Assembly: GCA_049283795.1 (NCBI GenBank)
Contig: JBAPWQ010000132.1
Coordinates: 1 to 48,967, forward strand
Source: Desulfobacterales bacterium
Lineage (GTDB): Bacteria > Desulfobacterota > Desulfobacteria > Desulfobacterales > SG8-13
Direction: 5' to 3'
Length of the DNA: 48,967 nucleotides
Shown in pieces: positions 20,398 to 28,801 of this stretch. Position 1 is the first letter of the stretch, and every line of letters starts with the position of its first letter. Under the pieces are notes generated by a model, which did no database searches, was not told the DNA's origin, and saw only the letters and a program-made list of their open reading frames with translations. Position numbers and translations under genes: made by a program.

Positions 20398-20403
20398 AAA
20401 ATT

Positions 20404-21939
20404 TCAACCTTTTCCGTAGTGCCGCACGATCGCGGCGACCAGCCCGGGGATCGTGAAGCTTTCGGCGGTCAGGTGCACCTCGAAGCCCTGTTTCAGGGCC
20501 GTTTCCGAAGTGATGGGGCCGATGCTGGCGATGGTGACCGGCCGGATCAAGTCCTCGAAGCGGTCGCCGGGCAGCAGCGACTTGAAATTGGTTACCGTCG
20601 ATGAACTGGTGAAGGTGATCATGTCGATCGAGCGGGCCTCGAGCCGTGCGACCAGGTCTCGTGCCCCGTCGGTCGCCGGCCGCGTGCGGTAGGCCGGGAC
20701 CTCATCGACCGCGGCCCCCATCTGGGCGAGCTGTTGCGGCAGAATCGGCCGGGCCTCGGCGGCCCGCGGCAGCAGGATCTTTTTGCCGGAGATGTTTTTC
20801 TTTTCGAAGGCGGCAATCACCGCTTCCGCCTGGTAGGTCTCCGGGACGATATCGCTGGTCAGTCCGAACTCGAGCAGCCTGGCGGCGGTGGCCGGACCGA
20901 TGGCGGCGGTGCCGATCCGGCCCAGCGCCCGGACATCGCGGCCGCGGCCGAACAGCCGGTCGAAAAAGAAGGTGACACCGTTGACGCTGGTGAAGATCAG
21001 CCAGTCATATTGGTCGAGGCGATCGATGGCCCGATCCAGGGGCGCCCAGTCCTCCGGCGGTTCGACGGATATGGTGGGATATTCCAGGCACTCGGCGCCC
21101 AGTTCCGCGAGCTGCCGGACCAGGTCGCTGGCCTGGGCCCGCGCGCGGGTCACCACGATGCGCTTTCCGAGCAGCGGCCGGTTGTCGAACCACGTCATCT
21201 TTTCGCGCAGCCGCACCACCTCGCCGACCACGATGATGGCCGGGGCTTTGAGCCCGGCCTGCCGAACGCGCTCGACGATGGTCGCCAGCGTGCCCGCCAC
21301 CGTCTGCTGGCGGGCGGTCGTGCCCCAGCGGATCAAGGCCGCCGGCGTCTCGGGCGGCTTGCCGTGCCCGACCAGGCTCGCAACGATCCGCGGCAGGTTT
21401 TTGACGCCCATCAGGAAGACCAGGGTCCCGATGCCTTTGGCCAGCGCGGCCCAGTCGATGCTCGAGGCTTCCTTCTCGGGATCTTCATGACCGGTGATAA
21501 ACGCCACGGTGGTGGTATACTTGCGGTGTGTCAGGGGGATGCCGGCATACGCCGGGGCGGCGATGGCGGAGGTGACGCCCGGAACGATTTCAAAGGCGAT
21601 GCCGGCCTCGATCAGGACCTCGGCCTCTTCGCCCCCGCGGCCGAAAATGAACGGGTCGCCGCCCTTCAAGCGGGCGACCTTGGCCCCTTGCCGGGCCTTG
21701 GCGACGATCAGCGCGTTGATCTTGTCCTGGGAAAGGGTGTGGTCGCCGCCTTTCTTGCCGACATAGATCAGTTCGGCATCCTTGCGGGCGTGCCGCAGCA
21801 GGGCCGGAGCGGCCAGGTAATCGTAAATGATCACATCTGCGCAACCGATGGCATCGAGGCCCCTGACGGTGATCAGGCCCGGGTCCCCGGGACCGGCGCC
21901 AACGAGAGTCACCATGCCTGTCGAGGTATTATGTATCAT
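20404..21939 (-). CDS. cobA/hemD: fused uroporphyrinogen-III C-methyltransferase / uroporphyrinogen-III synthase
   Basis: 511 aa. N-terminal SUMT motifs LVGAGPGDPGLIT and VARLKGGDPFIFGRGGEE. The C-terminal ~250 aa are HemD-like (IVVTRA..., ITFTSSSTV). Confidence 0.88.
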   Translation of the reverse strand: MIHNTSTGMVTLVGAGPGDPGLITVRGLDAIGCADVIIYDYLAAPALLRHARKDAELIYVGKKGGDHTLSQDKINALIVAKARQGAKVARLKGGDPFIFGRGGEEAEVLIEAGIAFEIVPGVTSAIAAPAYAGIPLTHRKYTTTVAFITGHEDPEKEASSIDWAALAKGIGTLVFLMGVKNLPRIVASLVGHGKPPETPAALIRWGTTARQQTVAGTLATIVERVRQAGLKAPAIIVVGEVVRLREKMTWFDNRPLLGKRIVVTRARAQASDLVRQLAELGAECLEYPTISVEPPEDWAPLDRAIDRLDQYDWLIFTSVNGVTFFFDRLFGRGRDVRALGRIGTAAIGPATAARLLEFGLTSDIVPETYQAEAVIAAFEKKNISGKKILLPRAAEARPILPQQLAQMGAAVDEVPAYRTRPATDGARDLVARLEARSIDMITFTSSSTVTNFKSLLPGDRFEDLIRPVTIASIGPITSETALKQGFEVHLTAESFTIPGLVAAIVRHYGKG

Positions 21940-22867
21940 AATCGGCCAGTTTCTCCAGAACCTTGTCGGCGCCCCGGGAAAGGAGCCGTTCCGCGAGTTC
22001 GCGCCCGATGGCGCCGGCGGCCTGCGCCGGCCCGTCGAGACGATCCCGGAATATCGTTTGGCCGTCGATATCGGCCACCAGCCCTTCCAGGGTCAAGCGC
22101 TCGCCGCTCAGGGTGCCGTGGGCCGCGATCGGAACCTGGCAACTGCCTTCCAGGCGATGCAGGAAGGACCGCTCGCCTAAAACGGCCTGGCGCGTCGGCG
22201 CGTGGTCCAGCACCGCCAGCGTGGCGGCGAGGGCGCGGTCAGCCTGCCGGATTTCAATGCACAGGGCCCCCTGGCCGGCCGCCGGCAGCATGAGCGGCGG
22301 CTCGAGCAGGGCGGTGATGCGCTGCGCCAGCCCGAGCCGCCGAAGCCCGGCGGCGGCCAGCACGATGGCGTCGAGCCTTTCGGCCGGATCGTCCAGCTTT
22401 TTCAGTCGGGTATCCACGTTGCCCCGCAGGGGGACGATTTCGATGTCGGGGCGTGCACAGCGCAGCTGGGCCGCCCGCCTCAGACTGCTGGTGCCGATGC
22501 GGGCCGCGCGCGGCAAACGGTCAAAGGGCGTGTCATGAGCGGCGACCAGGGCATCGGCCGGATCTTCACGGGCGGGAATCGGACCGATGCAAAGCCCTGG
22601 CGGCAGCTCGGCCGGCATGTCCTTCATGCTGTGAACGGCCAGATCGATGCGGCCCGCCGCAAGCGCTTCTTCGATTTCCTTGACGAAAAGACCCTTGCCG
22701 CCGACCGCGGCCAGGGGAACATCCAGGATTTTATCGCCCTTGGTGGTGATGGTGACGAGCTGGATCGAGAGCAGCGGATCGTGTTTCAGCAGTTCCGCCT
22801 GAACCCAGTTGGCCTGCCACAGCGCCAGGGCGCTTTTTCTGGTTCCGATCCTCAATACAGTGTTCAT
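21929..22867 (-). CDS. hemC: hydroxymethylbilane synthase (porphobilinogen deaminase)
   Basis: 312 aa from the ATG at 22867. LRIGTRKSALALWQA, GGKGLFVKEIE, HSMKDMP and RGNVDTRL motifs. 11-nt overlap with the cobA/hemD start. Confidence 0.92.
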   Translation of the reverse strand: MNTVLRIGTRKSALALWQANWVQAELLKHDPLLSIQLVTITTKGDKILDVPLAAVGGKGLFVKEIEEALAAGRIDLAVHSMKDMPAELPPGLCIGPIPAREDPADALVAAHDTPFDRLPRAARIGTSSLRRAAQLRCARPDIEIVPLRGNVDTRLKKLDDPAERLDAIVLAAAGLRRLGLAQRITALLEPPLMLPAAGQGALCIEIRQADRALAATLAVLDHAPTRQAVLGERSFLHRLEGSCQVPIAAHGTLSGERLTLEGLVADIDGQTIFRDRLDGPAQAAGAIGRELAERLLSRGADKVLEKLADYDT

Positions 22868-22869
22868 TA

Positions 22870-23097
22870 TCAGTGGCCGCAGCTCGAGCAGCTGGTGGCC
22901 GAGCAACCACTGCATGACGAGCCGGCCGACTTGGACACCGTCTGCCCGCCGCCGCCCTTGCTGACGAAGCCGCAGGTCGACATCAGGCGGCAGACATCGG
23001 CGCTGTGGCAGGCCGGACAGTCCGGTTTTTCGTCACCCAGCACCAAGCGTTCGAAATCTTCGTTGCATTTCAGGCAGTGATATTCGTAAATCGGCAT
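22870..23097 (-). CDS. FmdB-family zinc-ribbon protein (CxxC_CxxC_SSSS type)
   Basis: 75 aa. MPIYEYHCLKCNEDFE...CPACHS plus a Ser/Cys-rich tail. RBS aaggaga upstream. Its stop is 2 nt from the hemC ATG (TGATAATG). Confidence 0.8.
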   Translation of the reverse strand: MPIYEYHCLKCNEDFERLVLGDEKPDCPACHSADVCRLMSTCGFVSKGGGGQTVSKSAGSSCSGCSATSCSSCGH

Positions 23098-23152
23098 GGT
23101 GGTTTCTCCTTGCGCGCGATGCTGCCGTGCGGTCATAAAAAGCAAAATCGTT

Positions 23153-23180
23153 ATCTTAATCCAGCCGCAAAAAAAATCAA
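23153..23180 (-). promoter_or_regulatory. possible sigma-70 promoter TTGATT-N16-TAAGAT for the fmdB-hemC-cobA/hemD operon
   Basis: Minus-strand TTGATT (23175-23180) and TAAGAT (23153-23158) in an AT-rich spacer about 55 nt upstream of the ATG. Consensus matching only. Confidence 0.3.
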
Positions 23181-23198
23181 GGTTCTATTTTTTTTAAA

Positions 23199-26015
23199 TC
23201 ACAAGACCTTTTTCAACCAGCGTCCGGTATGGGACGCCGGGCAGCGGGCGATGTCCTCGGGCCGGCCGCAGGCCACCACGAAGCCCCCCCCGTCGCCGCC
23301 TTCCGGGCCCAGGTCGATGAGGTAATCGGCCGTTTTAATCACGTCCAGGTTGTGCTCGATGACCACCACCGTGTTGCCGGCCTCCACCAGGCGGTTGAGG
23401 ACCTCGAGCAGTTTGCGGATATCGTCGACATGCAGGCCGGTGGTGGGCTCGTCCATGATGTAAACGGTTCTGCCGGTGCCTTTCCTGCTCAATTCGCGCG
23501 CGAGCTTCACCCGCTGGGCCTCCCCGCCCGAAAGGGTGGTGGCCTGCTGGCCGATCTGCACATACCCCAACCCGACATCGGCCAGTGTCTGCAGTTTGGC
23601 GCGGATGTTGCCGATCCGGTCGAAAAAGGCCAGGGCCTGGTTGACGGTCATTTTCAGGACCTCGGCGATATTTTTGCCCTTGTAGCGGATTTCGAGGGTC
23701 TCGCGGTTGTAGCGCCGGCCGCGGCAGACGTCGCAGGTTACGTAGACATCCGGCAAAAAATGCATTTCGATCCTGACGATGCCGTCTCCGCCGCAGGCTT
23801 CGCAGCGGCCGCCCTTGACGTTGAAGCTGAACCGGCCCGGTTTGTAGCCCCTGACCCGCGCCTCCGGCGTGCGGGCGAAAAGGTCGCGGATATGGTTGAA
23901 AACACCGGTGTAGGTGCCCGGGTTGGAGCGCGGTGTCTTGCCGATCGGCGACTGGTCGATGTTGACGACCTTGTCGACCTGCTCCAGTCCTTCGACCGCC
24001 CGGTGAGCCCCGGCCGGGATGCGGGCGCGGTAAATCCTCTGGGCCAGGACGTGATGGAGCGTCTCCAGGACCAGGGTCGATTTTCCCGAGCCGGAAACGC
24101 CGGTCACACAGATGAGCGTGCCGAGCGGGAAAGACGCATCGATGTTCTTGAGGTTGTGGGCCGAAGCGCCCCTGATGAGGATTTCACGGCCGTTGCCGGT
24201 GCGGCGTTGCAACGGCACCGCGATCCGCTTGCGGCCGGAGAGATACTGGCCGGTCAGAGAAATGCCGTCGGCCAGCAGCCGGTCGGGGGGGCCGGCAAAT
24301 ACCACCCGGCCGCCGTTGACGCCGGCGGCCGGCCCCATGTCGACCACGTAGTCCGCCGTGCGGATGGTCTCCTCGTCGTGCTCGACCACCAAGACGGTGT
24401 TGCCCAGATCGCGCATCTGCATCAGGGTCTGGAGCAGGCGGCGGTTGTCGCGCTGGTGAAGGCCGATGCTCGGCTCGTCGAGCACGTAAAGGACCCCGGT
24501 CAATTTCGAGCCGATCTGGGTGGCGAGCCGGATGCGCTGGCTTTCACCGCCGGAAAGAGTGGCCGCGGGCCTATCCAGGGTCAGATAGGAAAGCCCCACG
24601 TTGTCCAGAAAACCGAGGCGCTCGTCGATTTCCTTCAGGATGCGTTCGGCAATCACCGCGCGCTGGCCTTCCAGCACGAGTCCGGCCCTGAAAGATTGCA
24701 CCTGGGCGATCGGCAGGGCGGTGATCTCGTGAATGGCAAGCCCGCCGACCTTGACCGAGCGGCTTTCGCGGTTGAGTTTCGTCCCGCCGCATTCCGGGCA
24801 GGGCTTGAAATTCATGAAAAGCTTGATTTCTTCTCGGACCGCGAAAGAATCGGTCTCCGCGTAGCGGCGCTGCAATTTCGGGATGATGCCCTCGAACGGC
24901 TTCTTATAAGTGTAGCGGCGCTCGCCGCGTTCGAAATAAAACGGGATCAGCTCCTGATTTGTTCCCTGCATCAGCACCTTTTTAAAGTGTTCCGGCAGGT
25001 CTTTATAGGGCGTGTAGATGTCGACCCCGTAATGGCGGGTCAGGGCATCCAGGAATTCAATGAACTGCATGGTGTTGCGGTTGGCCCAGATCGCGACCGC
25101 CCCCTCCCGCAGCGACAGCTCCGGGTTCGGCACGATGAGTTCCGGATCGAATTCGGTGGTGGTCCCCAGGCCGTCGCAGCGGGGGCAGGCGCCCTGGGGA
25201 GAATTGAACGAAAAGCTGGCGGGGGTGAATTCGCCGTAATCGATGTCGCAGCGCAGGCAGGTGGCCTTTTCACTGAAGCGGATCGGGCCCTGGCCCGGCA
25301 TGTCCACGGTCACCTTGCCTTCCGAGAGCGCCAGGGCGAGTTCCAGCGAATCGGCCAGGCGGTTGTGGATTTTGTCCGTGACCACCAGGCGATCGACCAC
25401 GACCGCGATGCTGTGGGGTTTGCGCTTGTCGAGCGCGGCGACCGTCTCGATTTCGAGGATTTCACCGTCGATGCGCACCCGCGCGAAACCGTCTTTGCGC
25501 AGTCGTTTGAGAAGTTTTTCGTGCGCGCCTTTCTGGTTCTCGACCAGCGGCGCCAGGATAATGAGGCGCGTTCCGGCGGGTTGGGTCAGAATCCGATCCA
25601 CAATCTGGTCGATGGATTGGGCCGTGACCGGTTCGCCGCAGCGATAGCAATGGGCCGTGCCGACGCGGGCGAAAAGCAGCCGCAGGTAATCATAGATTTC
25701 GGTGACGGTGCCGACCGTGGAACGCGGGTTGTGGCTGGCGGTCTTTTGTTCGATGGCGATGGCCGGTGACAGTCCCTCGATCAGGTCGACCGCGGGCTTT
25801 TCCATGCGTTCGAGGAACTGACGGGCGTAGGTCGAAAGAGATTCCACGTACCGCCGCTGGCCCTCGGCATACAGGGTGTCGAAGGCCAGGCTCGATTTGC
25901 CCGAGCCCGACAGCCCGGTGATGACGATCAGCCGGTTGCGCGGCAAATCGAGATCGACATTTTTTAAATTGTGCACCCGTGCGCCACGAATGACAATCTG
26001 GTTGTGCGCGTCCAT
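23199..26015 (-). CDS. uvrA: excinuclease ABC subunit A
   Basis: 938 aa. Two ABC ATPase modules ([14 protein letters not shown] and [11 protein letters not shown]; LSGGESQR and LSGGEAQR) and zinc-finger Cys clusters. Confidence 0.95.
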   Translation of the reverse strand: MDAHNQIVIRGARVHNLKNVDLDLPRNRLIVITGLSGSGKSSLAFDTLYAEGQRRYVESLSTYARQFLERMEKPAVDLIEGLSPAIAIEQKTASHNPRSTVGTVTEIYDYLRLLFARVGTAHCYRCGEPVTAQSIDQIVDRILTQPAGTRLIILAPLVENQKGAHEKLLKRLRKDGFARVRIDGEILEIETVAALDKRKPHSIAVVVDRLVVTDKIHNRLADSLELALALSEGKVTVDMPGQGPIRFSEKATCLRCDIDYGEFTPASFSFNSPQGACPRCDGLGTTTEFDPELIVPNPELSLREGAVAIWANRNTMQFIEFLDALTRHYGVDIYTPYKDLPEHFKKVLMQGTNQELIPFYFERGERRYTYKKPFEGIIPKLQRRYAETDSFAVREEIKLFMNFKPCPECGGTKLNRESRSVKVGGLAIHEITALPIAQVQSFRAGLVLEGQRAVIAERILKEIDERLGFLDNVGLSYLTLDRPAATLSGGESQRIRLATQIGSKLTGVLYVLDEPSIGLHQRDNRRLLQTLMQMRDLGNTVLVVEHDEETIRTADYVVDMGPAAGVNGGRVVFAGPPDRLLADGISLTGQYLSGRKRIAVPLQRRTGNGREILIRGASAHNLKNIDASFPLGTLICVTGVSGSGKSTLVLETLHHVLAQRIYRARIPAGAHRAVEGLEQVDKVVNIDQSPIGKTPRSNPGTYTGVFNHIRDLFARTPEARVRGYKPGRFSFNVKGGRCEACGGDGIVRIEMHFLPDVYVTCDVCRGRRYNRETLEIRYKGKNIAEVLKMTVNQALAFFDRIGNIRAKLQTLADVGLGYVQIGQQATTLSGGEAQRVKLARELSRKGTGRTVYIMDEPTTGLHVDDIRKLLEVLNRLVEAGNTVVVIEHNLDVIKTADYLIDLGPEGGDGGGFVVACGRPEDIARCPASHTGRWLKKVL

Positions 26016-26660
26016 CGCTGCGGTCCGTGTTGTTGACGGTAAACTTCAAACATACTACAGGTCTTTGCGGCTTTTTCAAACTGCAGACGTCAAGATAATG
26101 ATTTTGGCGGTGGTGTCGGTCATTGGCGTATGACGCGAGAGCCTGCGCCCGCCCATGGTTAAGCCAAAGACCTTATCTGAAAAGGCCATAAAAACCAGGC
26201 TTGCGGCCGGATCGATCCCGCCGGGGCGAGGGAGGGTGTTTCGAAGCGCCGATTTTATGAAAATTAGAGAAAAATGGTAAAAAAAGGAGAAATTCAAAGA
26301 TTGCTTTTTTGTATGCGCCGGCCGGCCAACGGGCGATATGCTTAGAATGCTTGAATAAAATCCTAACATAAAAAATATCCGTGTTTCAGGGCTGTTGGCG
26401 GGTTAATCTTATAAAATAGCAGGGATACCATTAAGTTATAAATTGTTTATAAACGTTTTGGGTTCAGAACCCAAACACCGACCATTCGGATTGACACCCT
26501 GCCCGCAAAGACGTTAAGACTCGCATATCAAATTTACCGGCACCTCAAAATTGAAGATAAATCGCCCCCATCGTTTGAAACCGACTTTTTTTAACATAAT
26601 TAACTTTGACATAACAGTATCTTAGTCACCATTTCTTTAACAATTATCTAACATATCAGA
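26016..26660. other. AT-rich 645-bp spacer upstream of dnaA: dnaA promoter region and weak oriC candidate
   Basis: Markedly AT-rich versus its flanks. It has only degenerate DnaA-box-like 9-mers: ttatctgaa 26173-26181, tgaagataa 26552-26560, ttatctaac 26644-26652. There is no perfect TTATCCACA. Confidence 0.3.
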
Positions 26661-28013
26661 GTGCCGTACTTTATGGAAACCGTCTGGAGCCAGGTTAAAA
26701 CTGCGATCAAGGACAAAATTCCCGGTCACAGTTTTCGGATGTGGATCGAGCCGATCAGGTGTTTCCTGGACGAGGCCGGCTGCCTCGTGCTGGCCTGCCC
26801 CAATTTTTTCTCCAAGAAGCGGGTTCAGGAAAACTACGGACCCTTTATCATGGAAGAGTTCCAGAAGGCCCTGGGCCGGAATTGCACCATCACCTTCCTG
26901 GTCGCCAACGGTAACGGCAACCGCACGGCCGCAGCGGAATTCAGCCGGCAGTTGAGCCTGCCGGACCTCACGGTCCGGCCCCACGGCGGGCGCCTGCTGC
27001 GCAAGGACTTTACCTTTGAATGCTTCGTGGTGGGCGGCAATAACGACTTCGCCTATTCGGCGGCCCTGTCTTTGGCCTCCCGCAAGGCGGCGCTGCAGAA
27101 CTCCCTTTTTCTGCTGTCCAACACCGGGATGGGCAAAAGCCATTTGACCCAGGCGATCGGTCATCACATCCTGACCCAGTTTCCCGGCGAACGCGTTTTT
27201 TACATGACGGCCGAGGATTTCAGCAACGAGATGGTCCAGGCCTACCGCAACGATTCGATCGACAAGTTCAAGGGCAAGTACCGCAACGACTGTGACGTGC
27301 TGCTGCTCGAGGACGTCCACCATCTGAGCGGCAAGGAACGCACCCAGGTGGAATTGTCCCTGACGCTCGACTCGCTGTTCGAAGCCGAAAAAAAGATCAT
27401 TTTTTCAAGCTGCTATCGTCCCGGTGAAATTCCCAAACTCAACGACAAGCTGCGCTCGTGCCTGTCGGGCAGCCTGATTTCGGACATCGAGGCCCCGAAC
27501 TTTCGGACCCGGGTGCGCATCCTGCAGCGCAAGGCCATGCTCAAGGGCACGCCCATACCGGAAAAAATCATTCACTATCTGGCCTCCGAGCTGACCGACG
27601 ACGTGCGCCAGCTGGAAAGCGGCCTGATCGGCGTCACGGCCAAGGCCTCGCTGCTCGGCTGTCCCATCGATCTGCCGCTGGCGGAAAGCGTCGTCAAGAA
27701 TATCGTCCGCCAGAAAAACACCATCACCATCGACGTTATCAAGAAACTGGTCTGCAAGCACTACAACATCTCGGCCGCCGAGATCGATTCGCGCTCCCGC
27801 AAGCAGAATCTCGTCCGGCCGCGCCAGATTGCGATGTACCTGGCGCGAAACTTCACCGATTCGCCGCTCCAGACGATCGGCCGCAGTTTCAACCGCTATC
27901 ACGCCACCGTTCTGCACGCCGTCAACTGTATCGAAAAAGGCCTGAAAGAAAACGGCGCCGTCCAGAAACAGGTCGAGTTCTTCCGCCAGAAGCTCCATTC
28001 GGGAAAGTTCTAA
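26661..28013 (+). CDS. dnaA: chromosomal replication initiator protein DnaA
   Basis: 450 aa (GTG at 26661; alternative ATG at 26673). Walker A SNTGMGKSHL, and domain IV signature RQIAMYLARNFT...IGRSFNRYHATVLHA. Confidence 0.93.
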   Translation: MPYFMETVWSQVKTAIKDKIPGHSFRMWIEPIRCFLDEAGCLVLACPNFFSKKRVQENYGPFIMEEFQKALGRNCTITFLVANGNGNRTAAAEFSRQLSLPDLTVRPHGGRLLRKDFTFECFVVGGNNDFAYSAALSLASRKAALQNSLFLLSNTGMGKSHLTQAIGHHILTQFPGERVFYMTAEDFSNEMVQAYRNDSIDKFKGKYRNDCDVLLLEDVHHLSGKERTQVELSLTLDSLFEAEKKIIFSSCYRPGEIPKLNDKLRSCLSGSLISDIEAPNFRTRVRILQRKAMLKGTPIPEKIIHYLASELTDDVRQLESGLIGVTAKASLLGCPIDLPLAESVVKNIVRQKNTITIDVIKKLVCKHYNISAAEIDSRSRKQNLVRPRQIAMYLARNFTDSPLQTIGRSFNRYHATVLHAVNCIEKGLKENGAVQKQVEFFRQKLHSGKF

Positions 28014-28801
28014 CCCAGCAGCGCCAGCATCCGGTCGTGAATGCGGCCGTTGGTGGCCAGAATTTCGCGGCTTTCGGGGACGTAGGGGCGGTTGGAGAAA
28101 TCGGTTATCCGGGCGCCGGCCTCGCGTGCGATCAGCATGCCGGCCGCGGTGTCCCAGGGCTTCAGGTTCTCCTCCCAGAATCCTTCGAAACGGCCGCAGG
28201 CCACGTGGCACAGGTCGAGGGCCGCGGAACCGAGCCGGCGAACGCCCTGCGCCGCCGCCAGGCAGCGGGCAAAGCGGGACACGAACGGGGCCGGGTCCTC
28301 GCGCACGTCATACGGAAAACCGGTCACCAGCAGGCTGTCCGTGAGCGTAGGGACCTCCGAGACGCGGATGGGATGCCGGTTGCACTTGGCGCCGCGGCCG
28401 GCGGTGGCCGTGAAGAGTTCACCCGTCACGGGGTTGAGCACGATGCCCACCACGACGGCATTGTCCACCGCGAAGGCGATCGAGACCGCGTACAGGCCGA
28501 TCCTGTGAGCGTAGTTGGTCGTTCCGTCCAGCGGGTCGATGATCCAGGTGCAGGTCTTCTCACCGTCCTCGCGGCCGCTCTCCTCGGCCAGGATGCCATG
28601 GTCGGGAAACCGGGCGCGGATCACTTCTAAAATACGCTTCTCGGCGGCGAGGTCGGCCTCGGTGACCAGGTCGATGATGCCTTTCTTGCGGACCCGGGAA
28701 ATATGGCCGAACTTTTGCTGCAGAATGTCGGCGGCCTGGTAGGCGGCCTTGATGCCGACCCGCTTGATGTCCTCCATGTCCATGTCGTGCTCACGATCCA
28801 T
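28010..28801 (-). CDS. suhB: inositol monophosphatase family protein (SuhB-like)
   Basis: 263 aa. EADLAAE, WIIDPLDGTTNY and WDTAAG motifs. Its ATG overlaps the hflX stop (TAATG). The long ORF-track extension to 30202 is an alternative-frame shadow of hflX. Confidence 0.85.
   Translation of the reverse strand: MDREHDMDMEDIKRVGIKAAYQAADILQQKFGHISRVRKKGIIDLVTEADLAAEKRILEVIRARFPDHGILAEESGREDGEKTCTWIIDPLDGTTNYAHRIGLYAVSIAFAVDNAVVVGIVLNPVTGELFTATAGRGAKCNRHPIRVSEVPTLTDSLLVTGFPYDVREDPAPFVSRFARCLAAAQGVRRLGSAALDLCHVACGRFEGFWEENLKPWDTAAGMLIAREAGARITDFSNRPYVPESREILATNGRIHDRMLALLG

Noticed and set aside
20198-20403. Possible Moco (moaA-motif) riboswitch in the 206-nt leader of moaA.
   Set aside because: I could not recognise the conserved Moco-motif elements by eye. 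Most of the leader is occupied by the composite repeat, which also occurs upstream of an unrelated channel gene. An Infernal scan with the Rfam Moco model would settle it.
26076-26369. 97-aa ORF on the minus strand inside the AT-rich spacer upstream of dnaA.
   Set aside because: The translation is low-complexity and Phe/Ser/Ile-rich, typical of AT-rich non-coding DNA. There is no RBS and its composition differs from all real genes in the window.
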